Positions 47,425 through 57,412 of a stretch of 59,600 bases of DNA are shown in pieces. The translations under genes were made by a program, and so were the position numbers. Below the pieces are notes generated by a model, which was given only the letters and a program-made list of their open reading frames with translations, made no database searches and was not told where the DNA came from. Positions within the stretch are counted from its first letter, which is position 1. Each line of letters starts with the position of its first letter. Source of the DNA: Chthoniobacter sp. (lineage in GTDB: Bacteria > Verrucomicrobiota > Verrucomicrobiia > Chthoniobacterales > Chthoniobacteraceae); assembly GCA_041287745.1 (NCBI GenBank), contig JBGGMZ010000179.1:1-59600 (forward strand). The letters are read 5' to 3'.

Positions 47425-50400
47425 ATGAACATTCGTCTCGAATTCTGGCAGGTCATTCGTCGTGCTCTCCTCATCGCTGTTTCCGCCGTTGCGTTCTTCG
47501 CCTCTGCTGTGCCAGTCCTCGCGCAGACCCTGGATATCCCGGTGCTTACCTGGACGCAGCGATCCGATTGGATCAATGTAGTTTCATCGATCAATCCGTC
47601 GACCGGTCTGCCTTACGGCGCGGACCCGACTGGCGCGACCGATTCCACAGCCGCGATCCAGGCGGCGCTCACTCGCGCGGCGCGAGGGTATAACTCGGAT
47701 CGCACCGTCTACCTTCCTGCGGGAACTTACAAAATCAGCAGCACCCTCAACTGGCAGGGGACAAACACTCCGTGGACCTACGGAGCGACGGGACTGACCC
47801 TGGTCGGGTGCGGGCGCAACACCGTTCTCCAATGGTATGGCGCCAGCGGACAGCCGATGTTTTGGACCAAGGGCGCTGGCCGCACTCGGTATCTGGGCCT
47901 GGCGTGGGATGGCCGCGGAATCGCCTCGTGCGCTTACGAGGCTTGCTCCCCGATTCTCTACGAGAGCCGTGTCCTGCATCAGAACGAGTCGTTTCGGAAC
48001 TTTACTGTTCCGGGCACCTATGTGGCGGGCGAGACCATTCCTGCGGGCGCAATCGTGGCCGGGCTTTCGATTGAAAATAATACGCCGGATGCCGAGGTGA
48101 TGGTTTGGAACTGCCTGTTCCAGAATTGCGCCAACGGCCTCATCGTGGGCTACGAGGAGTACAACAATTACCAATGGGAGATTCGCGACTGTGAATTCGA
48201 GAGCTGCGGAACGGGCATTCTTTGCGGCGACGGCAAAACGATCATCCTGAACGATCATTTCCAGGGATCGACTGTGACCGATATCTCCACCGGTGCGGGG
48301 CTCGACCAGACTATCAAGCGCTGCACGTCGGTAGGGTCGAAAGCATTTTTCACTGTATTGGGTGGAGGCTCCACAACGCCGCAGATGGTGCAGGATTGCT
48401 GGGTGGATTCATGGACGGGCACGGGCGGCGCCATTCAGATCGGCAGCCGCGGGCCGGTGTGCATCTGCGACACGAAATTCACCAATCCCCCGAACACCAA
48501 CCCACCGATCGTCTGCAACAATTCGGCTAGCTGCCCGCTGCAACTCATGGTTTCGAATATCTATTGCCCGACGATCACCAATCTCATCAATCCCGGCTCG
48601 GCATCGACCACGACGACGATCCCGCTCGGCAGTCGCATCGGAGATATAACCTCGCTTTCCTCGCCCTCGATGTCGTTCCTGCAAACGACCTGGCCGGCCG
48701 ACAGCACGCACATTCTCGATGTGACGAAGTCGCCCTACAATGCGGTCGGAAACGGCGTAGCCGACGACTCTGCGGCGATCCAACACGCGATCAACGACGC
48801 CAAAGCAGCCAACAACGGCTCGATCGTTTATCTTCCCTCGCTGACCAACTACAACAGCTACCTGGTTGCCTCCACGCTGGTGGCCGGCGGTTCGAATTAC
48901 AAAATACAGGGCTCGGGCCTGAATTCGGTCGTCACCTGGGGTGGCGTCACCACGGGCAGCGGGGCAGTCGTGATTAGCAATGCGACCCCGCAGAACGTGG
49001 AAATCGGGCAGTTCGTCATCCGTACGGCGACCACTGTGACGGGCGTGCTGCAGACATCGACCGGCACGAGCAATGCCACCTACGACGGGCTCTACTGCTA
49101 CGGCACCGGCAGCAGCTACAATCTCGACGGTCCGGGGTTGGTCCTTTCCAATCTTGCTGCGGGATCGCAGGTGTATATCGATCATCTCGATTCCGCCCTC
49201 ACCGTGAATGATAGCGGGCCGGCGGAAATTCTGGCTAACTTCGCGTTGCAAGGGCGCCTGATCGTCAATGGGGCGGCGCACCCCAAGTCGGGTTTCTTCG
49301 GCATCCTCGATTTTCAGGGTGGTACCACGACAAACGATGCGAGCCATTGGGATGTGCAGGTCGATGACAATCAGGACTTGGTGATCGGCCACTATTACGA
49401 GGAGCAGGGTTACAATCACCTCCAGGTGAGCCGGGGCGCTGCCACCGGCACGACGCCCGGCCGGGTGACGATCGAGGGCGTAAAGCAGAACTTCAAGACG
49501 ACCGGAAACACCGGCATTCTCATCAATAACTATCTCGGCCGTGTGATGTATGGACCGACGGCGTTTGCCAATACCTTCGGACTGCCGGTGACGCAGACGG
49601 GATCCAATGCCGTCGATCTTATTTTGGCGGCGGATACTTTTGGTGGTGGTGCGCCCGTGACGACGCTGACCAGCGCCTGCCGGCTGATCGAGACGGCGGA
49701 CGTGATTAGCAACGGCACGGTGACCTATCCCACGCCGATCATGCCCACTGGCGCGGCTGCATCCATCGCTGCGGGCTTCGATCATCAACGTCAACTGGGC
49801 TGGGAGGATCTGAAGATGCGTTACGGGATCGAAAACACGGTGACGAATCCTTCCGCGGAAGCGGACGCAGCCAACGCGAGTCCCAACGCGATCCTTGGTT
49901 ACACGCCAGCGGGTTGGACGGTTGGCAACGCGCTTCTTGCCGGGGCTGGGGCGCGCAACGCCACGGTGGTCAGTGGCGCCTCGCCCTTCGGCGCGGGAGC
50001 GCAGAGCATTCTCTTCCTCGATACGACGGCTTCCCCGGCGGGCAGCCGGCTGCAGCTTTCCCAAAATACCGCGTCTCTGCCGGTGGGCGAAGGCGCGGTG
50101 CTGACCTATGATTTTCGCCTGAATTCGCTGACCGCGCTCAACGACGACGTCTGGTTCCGCGTATTCGCAGGTGCCTCGACGCCCATGAGCGTGCACCTCA
50201 CGGGCAACACCAGCAGCGGCGCACTTTCAGCCACGGTCGGGGGAAGCAATTACTCGCTGGTCACCCTTTCGCTCGGCACATGGTATCGCCTTCGTGCGGT
50301 GATCCAGCCGCCGAACAGCTCCGGTTCGGCCCACGTGCAGCTCTATCTCTATCAATGGACCGCCAGCGGACCTTCCGCCGTCGCGCTCTACAACTCGGGA

Positions 50401-50535
50401 GTCATCGATGGTCTGCCTACGCCGGGCGCCAGCGGATTCTCGAGCGTTTTGTTCAACCTCGTGGGACCCGGCGAGAACACGAGCATCAATCTCGACAACC
50501 TCACCTTCGTGGCCGGCGATCCGTTGCTGAATTGA
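47425..50535 (+). CDS. secreted double beta-helix polysaccharide-active protein (Pectate_lyase_3/GH55-like)
   Basis: Signal peptide; two N-cap motifs YGADPTGATDSTAAIQAAL..VYLPAGTY and YNAVGNGVADDSAAIQHAI..VYLP; beta-rich C-terminal domain. Confidence 0.8.
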   Translation: MNIRLEFWQVIRRALLIAVSAVAFFASAVPVLAQTLDIPVLTWTQRSDWINVVSSINPSTGLPYGADPTGATDSTAAIQAALTRAARGYNSDRTVYLPAGTYKISSTLNWQGTNTPWTYGATGLTLVGCGRNTVLQWYGASGQPMFWTKGAGRTRYLGLAWDGRGIASCAYEACSPILYESRVLHQNESFRNFTVPGTYVAGETIPAGAIVAGLSIENNTPDAEVMVWNCLFQNCANGLIVGYEEYNNYQWEIRDCEFESCGTGILCGDGKTIILNDHFQGSTVTDISTGAGLDQTIKRCTSVGSKAFFTVLGGGSTTPQMVQDCWVDSWTGTGGAIQIGSRGPVCICDTKFTNPPNTNPPIVCNNSASCPLQLMVSNIYCPTITNLINPGSASTTTTIPLGSRIGDITSLSSPSMSFLQTTWPADSTHILDVTKSPYNAVGNGVADDSAAIQHAINDAKAANNGSIVYLPSLTNYNSYLVASTLVAGGSNYKIQGSGLNSVVTWGGVTTGSGAVVISNATPQNVEIGQFVIRTATTVTGVLQTSTGTSNATYDGLYCYGTGSSYNLDGPGLVLSNLAAGSQVYIDHLDSALTVNDSGPAEILANFALQGRLIVNGAAHPKSGFFGILDFQGGTTTNDASHWDVQVDDNQDLVIGHYYEEQGYNHLQVSRGAATGTTPGRVTIEGVKQNFKTTGNTGILINNYLGRVMYGPTAFANTFGLPVTQTGSNAVDLILAADTFGGGAPVTTLTSACRLIETADVISNGTVTYPTPIMPTGAAASIAAGFDHQRQLGWEDLKMRYGIENTVTNPSAEADAANASPNAILGYTPAGWTVGNALLAGAGARNATVVSGASPFGAGAQSILFLDTTASPAGSRLQLSQNTASLPVGEGAVLTYDFRLNSLTALNDDVWFRVFAGASTPMSVHLTGNTSSGALSATVGGSNYSLVTLSLGTWYRLRAVIQPPNSSGSAHVQLYLYQWTASGPSAVALYNSGVIDGLPTPGASGFSSVLFNLVGPGENTSINLDNLTFVAGDPLLN

Positions 50536-50539
50536 TGGG

Positions 50540-50700
50540 GCGTATCTATGCGATAGAATGCGCGAAAGCCCTTCGTCTGTAGCGGCGCCTTCCCGGCGTC
50601 GGACGCCAGCACGGAAATCGTCCGACGCCGGGACGGCTCCGCTACAGAGAGGCTTTGGCTCCGCCGAAGAAAGTGTTGAACGCCGACTGCATAGATACGC
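50540..50700. repeat. nested inverted repeat (GTAG-type REP doublet inside 12-bp terminal IRs)
   Basis: GCGTATCTATGC (50540-50551) and GCATAGATACGC (50689-50700) enclose TCTGTAGCGGCGCCTTCCCGGCGTCGGACG..CGTCCGACGCCGGGACGGCTCCGCTACAGA (50576-50648). Confidence 0.8.
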
Positions 50701-50710
50701 GTGAGAGTCC

Positions 50711-51811
50711 TTATGGCTTGCGTCCGGTGAGCAGGTAAGTGGTCTGGGTGCCTTTGCCCTTGATCTCTATTTCTCCCCGCTCGGTGAAAGTGTGCGAGGT
50801 GCGCAGCCGTTCGTAGACGATGGCGCTGACCTGGATCGCGCCCGGCAGGCCGTGGCTCTGCATACGGCTCGCGGTGTTGACCGTATCGCCCCATAGATCA
50901 TAGGCAAACTTGTGCTGCCCGATCACCCCGGCCACGACGCGGCCCGTATGCATGCCGATGCGGATGCGCAGGGGTTCTCCGGCTGGGGTGCGCTGGGAGG
51001 CGAGCGCCGCCTGCACTGCGAGTGCGAGATCGGCGACCGCCGTGGTGTGATCTGCTCGCGGCGCAGGCAATCCGCCGACGATCATGTAGGCGTCGCCGAT
51101 GGTTTTGATTTTCTCGAGGCCAAATTGCCCGGCAAGGGCATCGATGGTCGAAAAGATTTCGTTGAGCCACATGACCAAAGTTTCAGGCGCGAGGCCGTTG
51201 CAGATACCGGTAAAACCCACGAGATCGAGAAAGAGCACCGTGGCGTCGTCGAAGCAGTCGGCGATCAGGCCGGGAGCCTGCCGCAGGCGGTCGGCGATGC
51301 TGCGGGGCAGCACGTTCAAGAGCAGGCGCTCCGAGGTTTCGCGCTCGAGCGCGAGTTCGCGGTTGATGCGCTCGAGAGTGGCATTGCGCTCCTGCAGCGC
51401 CAGGTGCAGCGCGCGGGCCGCGAGCAGATTGCGAATGCGCAGCAGGGTCTCGATTTCCTCGAGCGGTTTGTTGAGGAAATCGTGCGCCCCGCCGGAAAGC
51501 GCTCGCTCCCGCGCCCCGCGGGTGGCGTCCGCAGTGAGCACGAGGATGGGAAGATATTCCTCGGGCGGGATGCAGGGGCGGAGCGCGTCCATGACGCCAA
51601 ATCCGTCCAGATGCGGCATGTGCAGATCGAGGACGATGAGATCCGGCGAGAATTCGCGGAGCAAACCGACGACCTCGCGCGAGTCGCGAGTGCAGCACAG
51701 GTTGGTGTAGCCGGCATCACCGAGAAAGGCTTCGAGGAGGTCGAGGTTCGCCTGCTGGTCATCGACGAGGAGGATACGCGCGGCGCTGAGGTCGGTAGAT
51801 GTCAGAGGCAT
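50711..51811 (-). CDS. receiver-domain class III adenylate cyclase
   Basis: REC domain (LVDD, LDLHMP, KP); LFLDLVGFT, KIKTIGDAYM, YDLWGDTVNTASRM (Lys/Asp pair indicates ATP specificity). Confidence 0.93.
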   Translation of the reverse strand: MPLTSTDLSAARILLVDDQQANLDLLEAFLGDAGYTNLCCTRDSREVVGLLREFSPDLIVLDLHMPHLDGFGVMDALRPCIPPEEYLPILVLTADATRGARERALSGGAHDFLNKPLEEIETLLRIRNLLAARALHLALQERNATLERINRELALERETSERLLLNVLPRSIADRLRQAPGLIADCFDDATVLFLDLVGFTGICNGLAPETLVMWLNEIFSTIDALAGQFGLEKIKTIGDAYMIVGGLPAPRADHTTAVADLALAVQAALASQRTPAGEPLRIRIGMHTGRVVAGVIGQHKFAYDLWGDTVNTASRMQSHGLPGAIQVSAIVYERLRTSHTFTERGEIEIKGKGTQTTYLLTGRKP

Positions 51812-51814
51812 GGA

Positions 51815-54800
51815 TCAGGTCGCGGTGGGATGCAGGGTGGCCTCGACGACCGTGACGAAGCGATCCACATCGAGCGGTTTGGTGAGGTAGTGGCTCGCGC
51901 CGGCAGCGAGCATCGCCTTGATGTGGCTGGGCGTGGCATCGGCACTGACTACGATGATCGGGATATGCGTGGTGCGAGGGTCGCTCTTGAGCCGCCGCAG
52001 GACTTGATCGCCGGGCTGATCGGGAAGGTGCATGTCGAGGAGGATCAGAGCCGGTCGCAACTCGAGCGCCCGAGCGATGCCGGATTCGCCGCGCGTTTCG
52101 AGGACCATGTCCACGCCGGGCATATCGGTGAAAATCGTTTCGACGAGCGAGACGTTCGCGAGGTTGTCCTCGATGTAAAGGACGGGGAAACGCCGGCCTC
52201 CGTCCAGGGTGGAGGCCTTGCCTTGGGCGTGGGGTGTCCGCAGGTTGGCGTGCGGATCTTCAGCGAGGGGCAATTCCACCCAAAAATCCGTGCCGACCCC
52301 TTCCTTGCTGGAGACGCGCAGTGCCCCGCCCATGTGCTCCATCAGTCGCTTGGAAAGAGTCAATCCCAGGCCGGTGCCCTCGACTTCGGAATCTTCGGCA
52401 CCGAGCCGGTCAAACGGATGGAAGAGCCGATCGAGTTTCTCCGCTGCGATGCCCGGGCCATTGTCCGAAACTGCGATCTGCGCCCGCCCGGCGATCTGCA
52501 GGCAGGTGACCGTGACCGAGCCGCCGCGTCGATTGTACTTCACGGCATTGGAGAGCAGATTGACGAGCACCTGCGTGAGCCGCTGGCGATCGGCCATGAC
52601 AAAGACTCCGTCGGAGCGGGTATCATCGTGGACCGTCACCGCGTACTCCGTAGCGAGATGTTGCACGAGATTCACCGTCTCCTGGACCACCGCGGTGAGT
52701 TCGACAGGTTCGGAAGAGAGCCGGAGTTGATCCGCCTCGATACGGGAGATATCGAGCACCTCATTGATCAGCTCGAGCAGGTGGCGTCCGGCACTCAGGA
52801 TGTGCTGGACGTGCTTGCGCTGATCGTCGGAGGCGGCCTTCCGGGCCAGCACCTGGCCGAAGCCGAGGATGCTGTTCATCGGCGTGCGCAGCTCGTGGCT
52901 CATCCGCGAGAGGAATTCGCTCTTGGCGCGATTCGCGCGGTCGAGTTCCACGTGTTGCTGGCGCAGCACTTCATTGGCGCGGCCGAGTTCGGCGGTGCGC
53001 TCCTCGACCCGTCGTTCCAGCTCGGTCTGCGCGCGGGCCACTTTCGCTTCCGCTTCCTTCTGCGAAGTGAGATCTCGAACAGACGAGAGGAACATCGGTC
53101 GATCCGCAAATTCCACCGCCGAGATGGAAATCTCTGCGGGAATGGTCGTCCCGTCGCCGCGGCTATGCTGCCACTCAAAACGGGCGGTCCCGGTCCGTTG
53201 CATTTCGGCGACGACTTCCATTGCTGCGGCCTGGGAGGATCTTCCGTCCGGTTGAAATGGAGGGGCCAGATCCCAGGCACGTTTGCCGAGCAACTGACTC
53301 TTTTCCCAGCGCAATAGTCGCATCGCTGCCTCGTTGCAATCGACGAATGTTCCGTCCACGGCTTCGAAAAGCGCGAGCGCTTCGGGCGAGTGCTCGAACA
53401 TGGTGCGAAAGCGCGCTTCGGAATTTCGCAACGCTTTCTCCGCCTGCTTCCGTTCCGAGGCCTCCAGCGCGAGCGAGACGACATCGGCGACCGAGGCCGC
53501 GAAGTCCTGCTCCTCGGTGCTCCAGCGGCGGGTGCCTCCCACGTGCTCGTGACACACCACGCCGATCATTTCCCCATGCCGCCAGATCGGCACGTCCAGC
53601 ATGGCCCCGATGCCCAGCGGCCGGAGATAGGTCTCGGTGAATTCGCTCGTCGCCTCGTTCGTGTGGGCATCCTCGGCAGCAATGGTCCGCTGGGTGCCCA
53701 GCGCGGCAAAATAGCGCGGGCAATGCGCGGACTCGATCACCGCGCCGGTGGAGTGCCGCTGCTCCGACGCCTCAAAGAGATCGCGACAGACGATGGCGGA
53801 TTTTTGCCCGTTGAAGAACCAGACGCTCACGCGCTCCACGTCGATGGTGCACGCATCGTGGGCGACGATCTTCGGCAGCGCGGCATCGAGATCGGAAAGG
53901 TCCGATTTTGTGAGTTCCATCAACGCGGCCTGGTAGCGGACGACACGGTCGGCGCGATCGCGCAATTCGCTCTCGGCCCGTTTGCGCTCGGTGATGTCGC
54001 GGGCGGTCGCGAGCAGCCGGTCCACCCCGCTGATCTTCGTACGCTCGAGATTCACTTCGCACCAGAAATGCTTGCCCGTCCGCGTGGTGTTCCGCCATTC
54101 GAAGAGCTGCGGTTCACCTGCGGCCGCCGCGCGCACCTTTTCCAGCGCCGCTTCGGCGGTGAAGGGCGGGGAACCGCCAAAGATCTCCCTCGCATCCTTG
54201 CCGCGCAATTCTTCCAGCGGATACTCGATCACCTTGCAGGCCTCGCGGTTGACATCGACGATCACGCCGGTCTCCACGTCATGGATGTAAATGGCATCAG
54301 TCGAGGCGTTGAAGATCGCGCGGTAGCTTTCCTCGGAAGCCCGAAGCGCGGCCTCGGTCCGTTTGCGCTCGGTAATGTCGCGCAGCACGGCGTAGAGCAG
54401 TTGGCGATCGCCGAGGCGGATGCCCGTGAGCAGGATATCGCACGGAAAATCTTCGCCGTCGGCGCGGCGATGCGTCCACTCGAAGTGATGGCTGCCGGTG
54501 GAGAGTGCGATGCCGATCATCTCATTCGCCTTTTCAAACGAAGAGCGTCCGTCCGGTTGGACGGGCGGGGAGATCACCGAGGGGTGCAGCTTCAGCAGCT
54601 GCTCCTTGCTCCCGCAGCGGATCATGTCGACGGTCGAAGCGTTGCACTCGAGGAACATGTCTTTGTCCAGGAGGATGATGGCATCCGAAGATTTCTCGAA
54701 GAGCTGCTTGAACTTCTCCTCGCTGTCGCGCTGGGCCGCCTGGGTTTTCCGCGTCTCCGTAAGGTCGCGAATGAAAGCCGTGAAGAGCGGTGCACCCGAG

Positions 54801-55135
54801 GTGCCGAGGCGCGTGATGGCCAGTTCCAACGGGAGCTCAGAGCCGTCCTTGCGCAAGCCTTCGACTTCGATGCGCGTGCCTAGCACTGCTTGTTCTCCAG
54901 TTGCCAGATGGCGGGCCAGCCCCGCGCGGTGGCGTTCGCGATAGCGGGGCGGAATGATCAACTCCGCCATTTCGCGGCCCTGCGCCTCAGCCGCCGAGTA
55001 GCCAAAGACGCGTTCTGCCGCCGTGTTGAACTCCACGACTTTTCCCTCGGCATCCATGGTGATGATGCAGTCGAGGGAAGACGCGAGGATGGCGGCGCGC
55101 CATTCGTCCGCGTCGGGTAGTATTCGGGGCGGCAT
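51815..55135 (-). CDS. cytoplasmic hybrid histidine kinase PAS-PAS-PAS-GAF-PAS-HisKA-HATPase-REC
   Basis: PAS C-termini RDLTE, RDITE (twice) and RDLTS; GAF segment; MSHELRTPMN, NLLSNAVKY, GTGLGL, LLDMHLPD. Confidence 0.93.
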   Translation of the reverse strand: MPPRILPDADEWRAAILASSLDCIITMDAEGKVVEFNTAAERVFGYSAAEAQGREMAELIIPPRYRERHRAGLARHLATGEQAVLGTRIEVEGLRKDGSELPLELAITRLGTSGAPLFTAFIRDLTETRKTQAAQRDSEEKFKQLFEKSSDAIILLDKDMFLECNASTVDMIRCGSKEQLLKLHPSVISPPVQPDGRSSFEKANEMIGIALSTGSHHFEWTHRRADGEDFPCDILLTGIRLGDRQLLYAVLRDITERKRTEAALRASEESYRAIFNASTDAIYIHDVETGVIVDVNREACKVIEYPLEELRGKDAREIFGGSPPFTAEAALEKVRAAAAGEPQLFEWRNTTRTGKHFWCEVNLERTKISGVDRLLATARDITERKRAESELRDRADRVVRYQAALMELTKSDLSDLDAALPKIVAHDACTIDVERVSVWFFNGQKSAIVCRDLFEASEQRHSTGAVIESAHCPRYFAALGTQRTIAAEDAHTNEATSEFTETYLRPLGIGAMLDVPIWRHGEMIGVVCHEHVGGTRRWSTEEQDFAASVADVVSLALEASERKQAEKALRNSEARFRTMFEHSPEALALFEAVDGTFVDCNEAAMRLLRWEKSQLLGKRAWDLAPPFQPDGRSSQAAAMEVVAEMQRTGTARFEWQHSRGDGTTIPAEISISAVEFADRPMFLSSVRDLTSQKEAEAKVARAQTELERRVEERTAELGRANEVLRQQHVELDRANRAKSEFLSRMSHELRTPMNSILGFGQVLARKAASDDQRKHVQHILSAGRHLLELINEVLDISRIEADQLRLSSEPVELTAVVQETVNLVQHLATEYAVTVHDDTRSDGVFVMADRQRLTQVLVNLLSNAVKYNRRGGSVTVTCLQIAGRAQIAVSDNGPGIAAEKLDRLFHPFDRLGAEDSEVEGTGLGLTLSKRLMEHMGGALRVSSKEGVGTDFWVELPLAEDPHANLRTPHAQGKASTLDGGRRFPVLYIEDNLANVSLVETIFTDMPGVDMVLETRGESGIARALELRPALILLDMHLPDQPGDQVLRRLKSDPRTTHIPIIVVSADATPSHIKAMLAAGASHYLTKPLDVDRFVTVVEATLHPTAT

Positions 55136-55218
55136 GGCGCGGAGCTTACATTTCTGCTCGTGACACGCCATACTTTCTCCGGTGAGGCCGCACCCTCGGG
55201 GTGGCCTCCGCGATAGTT

Positions 55219-55749
55219 TTAAAGCAGTGAGGCTCCAGCGGCGACCGAGGCAAACCTGCTCTCGTGCTCGAGCAGCCATTTCTTGAGCGGGAGGCCACTG
55301 CCGAAACCAGTCAGCGAACCATTGGCGCCGATGACGCGATGACAAGGCACGACGATCGGGATGGGATTTGCGCCATTGGCCGCACCTACCGCCCGGCTGG
55401 CCGCGGGGCGTCCCACGCGCGCAGCGAGCTGGCCATAGCTGATGGTGGTGCCGCCCGGAATCTCCCGCAGGGCGCGCCAGACTTCACGTTGAAAGGGAGT
55501 GCCATTGGTTGCGGTGCGCACCTGGTCGAGGGCGCCGATCTCACCGCGAAAATAGGCGCTGAGCGCTTTTTTGAGGCCTTCGGGTGCAGGGCCATCGTGT
55601 AAGGTAAAGTCGCCGTAGTGACTATGAAGCAGCCGCCGTAGACGGTCTTCGTTCTCGGCGAATTCGAGCGCCCGCAGTGCGCCCTCCTCATCGGTGACGA
55701 GGAGGAGTGGAAAAGCGGGTGACGCCCAGCGTTCAAGTTGCAAGTGCAT
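55219..55749 (-). CDS. ogt: methylated-DNA-protein-cysteine methyltransferase
   Basis: GTPFQREVW, RAVGAANGANP, PCHRV active site. Confidence 0.95.
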   Translation of the reverse strand: MHLQLERWASPAFPLLLVTDEEGALRALEFAENEDRLRRLLHSHYGDFTLHDGPAPEGLKKALSAYFRGEIGALDQVRTATNGTPFQREVWRALREIPGGTTISYGQLAARVGRPAASRAVGAANGANPIPIVVPCHRVIGANGSLTGFGSGLPLKKWLLEHESRFASVAAGASLL

Positions 55750-57235
55750 GGTGGGTTTTCTTTCGGGTTATTTTGGGGTTAGAGGGTTCGGCGTCGGACA
55801 TCCAGAGATGGAGGACGGCATAGGCGCGCCAGGGGCGCCAGCGTTCGGCGTGGGTGAGCAGTTCCGACATGGTGGGACGTTTGCCGTCCGTGGCGATGAT
55901 GCGCTGCAGTGCCACGTCGCCGGCGAGGAATGCGTCGCTCTCTCCGAGCGCGCGCATGGCGATGTATTGCGCGGTCCATTCGCCGATGCCCGGCAGTTCA
56001 CGCAGACGGGCTACGGCATCCTCGAGATCGCGCCGTGGATCGAAGAGATGCGGATCGGCTACGACCGCGGCGGCCACTCCGGCGAGTGCCGCGGCACGGG
56101 CGCGTGGCATGCCGAGCTGCGCGATCTGCTCCATCTCGAAGCGCTCGGGTCGCGGAAAAGAGTGAGTCAGTCCTTCGATCGCGAGATCGCCGGTGACTGG
56201 TGTGCCGAAGGCGGCGACGGCCTTACTGGCCAGTCGGGTGCCGGCTTGCAGTGTCACCTGCTGGCCGAGCACGGCGCGCACGGCGATTTCGAAACCATCC
56301 CATGCGCCCGGGACGCGCAGCCCTGGCCGCGCGGCGACGAGCGGTGCGAGCGCGGGATCGGCCGAGAGCGTGGCCGCGATCGCCCCTGGATCGGCGCTGA
56401 GATCGAACATCCGCCGAATGCGCGCGATGATCACCGATAGAGCGGCGAGATGAGGAAAGCGTACGGCAACGCGCAGGGCATCGTGCTTCGGCGCATGCTC
56501 CACGGTGATCGATCCAATGATGCCGCGCAGCTCAATCACGCGGCTATAGCTTTCCTGTGTCACGGTCTCCAGCCCTTCGATCGCGCGCACCTCGAGGAAA
56601 CGTCGCATCGTCTCCCAATCGTAGGGCGGGCGATAGGGCAGCAGGAGCGAGATTTCCGGGGCGGGCGAGATCGCCGCCGCACGCCGGCGCAACTCACCTG
56701 GCGGGCGTTGATAGAGGTGTTGGAAGGTTTCGTTGAATCGACGTACGCTCCCGAAGCCGCTGGCCAGCGCGACCTCGATCATCGACAGATCGGTCTGGTG
56801 GAGGAGTTGCTTGGCCAGGAGCACACGGCGGGTTTGCGCGACCGTCACCGGCGCCGCGCCGATATGTTGCTGAAAGAGGCGGCGAAGATGGCGCTCGCCG
56901 ATTTCCAGGCGCTCCGCCAGCGAGGCCACGTCACCTTCGTCGAGGGCGCCACCTTCGATGAGCTTGAGCGCGCGAGAGACGGTGGCGGAGGTGCCGCGCC
57001 AGGCATCGAGGTCGGGAGAGCTTTCCGGCCGACACCGCAGGCAGGGACGAAAGCCGGCTTCCTGCGCTGCGGCCGCGGTGGGAACGAATAGGCAGTTCTC
57101 GAGCTTCGGGGGGCGCGCTGGACAGATCGGCCGGCAGTAGATGCCGGTCGATTTGACGCAGGTGAAAAAGCGTTCGTCATAGCGGGCGTCGCGGGCTTTG
57201 ACAGCCCGGTAGCAGACGGAGGGGTCGAGGTGCAT
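55733..57235 (-). CDS. alkA: Ada Zn-binding/AraC-AlkA fusion (3-methyladenine DNA glycosylase II)
   Basis: CRPIC/RPCLRC Ada zinc site, AraC HTH, AVLGQQV, LPGIGEWTA HhH motif, WRPWRAYA. Confidence 0.93.
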   Translation of the reverse strand: MHLDPSVCYRAVKARDARYDERFFTCVKSTGIYCRPICPARPPKLENCLFVPTAAAAQEAGFRPCLRCRPESSPDLDAWRGTSATVSRALKLIEGGALDEGDVASLAERLEIGERHLRRLFQQHIGAAPVTVAQTRRVLLAKQLLHQTDLSMIEVALASGFGSVRRFNETFQHLYQRPPGELRRRAAAISPAPEISLLLPYRPPYDWETMRRFLEVRAIEGLETVTQESYSRVIELRGIIGSITVEHAPKHDALRVAVRFPHLAALSVIIARIRRMFDLSADPGAIAATLSADPALAPLVAARPGLRVPGAWDGFEIAVRAVLGQQVTLQAGTRLASKAVAAFGTPVTGDLAIEGLTHSFPRPERFEMEQIAQLGMPRARAAALAGVAAAVVADPHLFDPRRDLEDAVARLRELPGIGEWTAQYIAMRALGESDAFLAGDVALQRIIATDGKRPTMSELLTHAERWRPWRAYAVLHLWMSDAEPSNPKITRKKTHHALAT

Positions 57236-57412
57236 GACAGCACCGTAGAAGAAACGATGGCAGGTGTCTGGCGGTTTTCGGACGTGAATGAAATAAACTG
57301 AAAAACGAGCGGAGGATCGTTCCACCGGTACTATTCAAAGCAAAAGATCTCATTAAAAGCTTGGGACAACGCGCGTTTCGTCCAACGTGGCGGGCTCGCC
57401 ACTCGTATTTCC

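Noticed and set aside
50912-53317. 801-aa plus-strand ORF (also 53390-54883, 11574-12878, 48409-50196 and 42281-43303)
   Set aside because: Antisense shadows of motif-rich genes in GC-rich DNA.
55136-55345. N-terminal extension of the hybrid kinase overlapping ogt
   Set aside because: Out-of-frame overlap with ogt; the first PAS domain begins just after ATG 55135.
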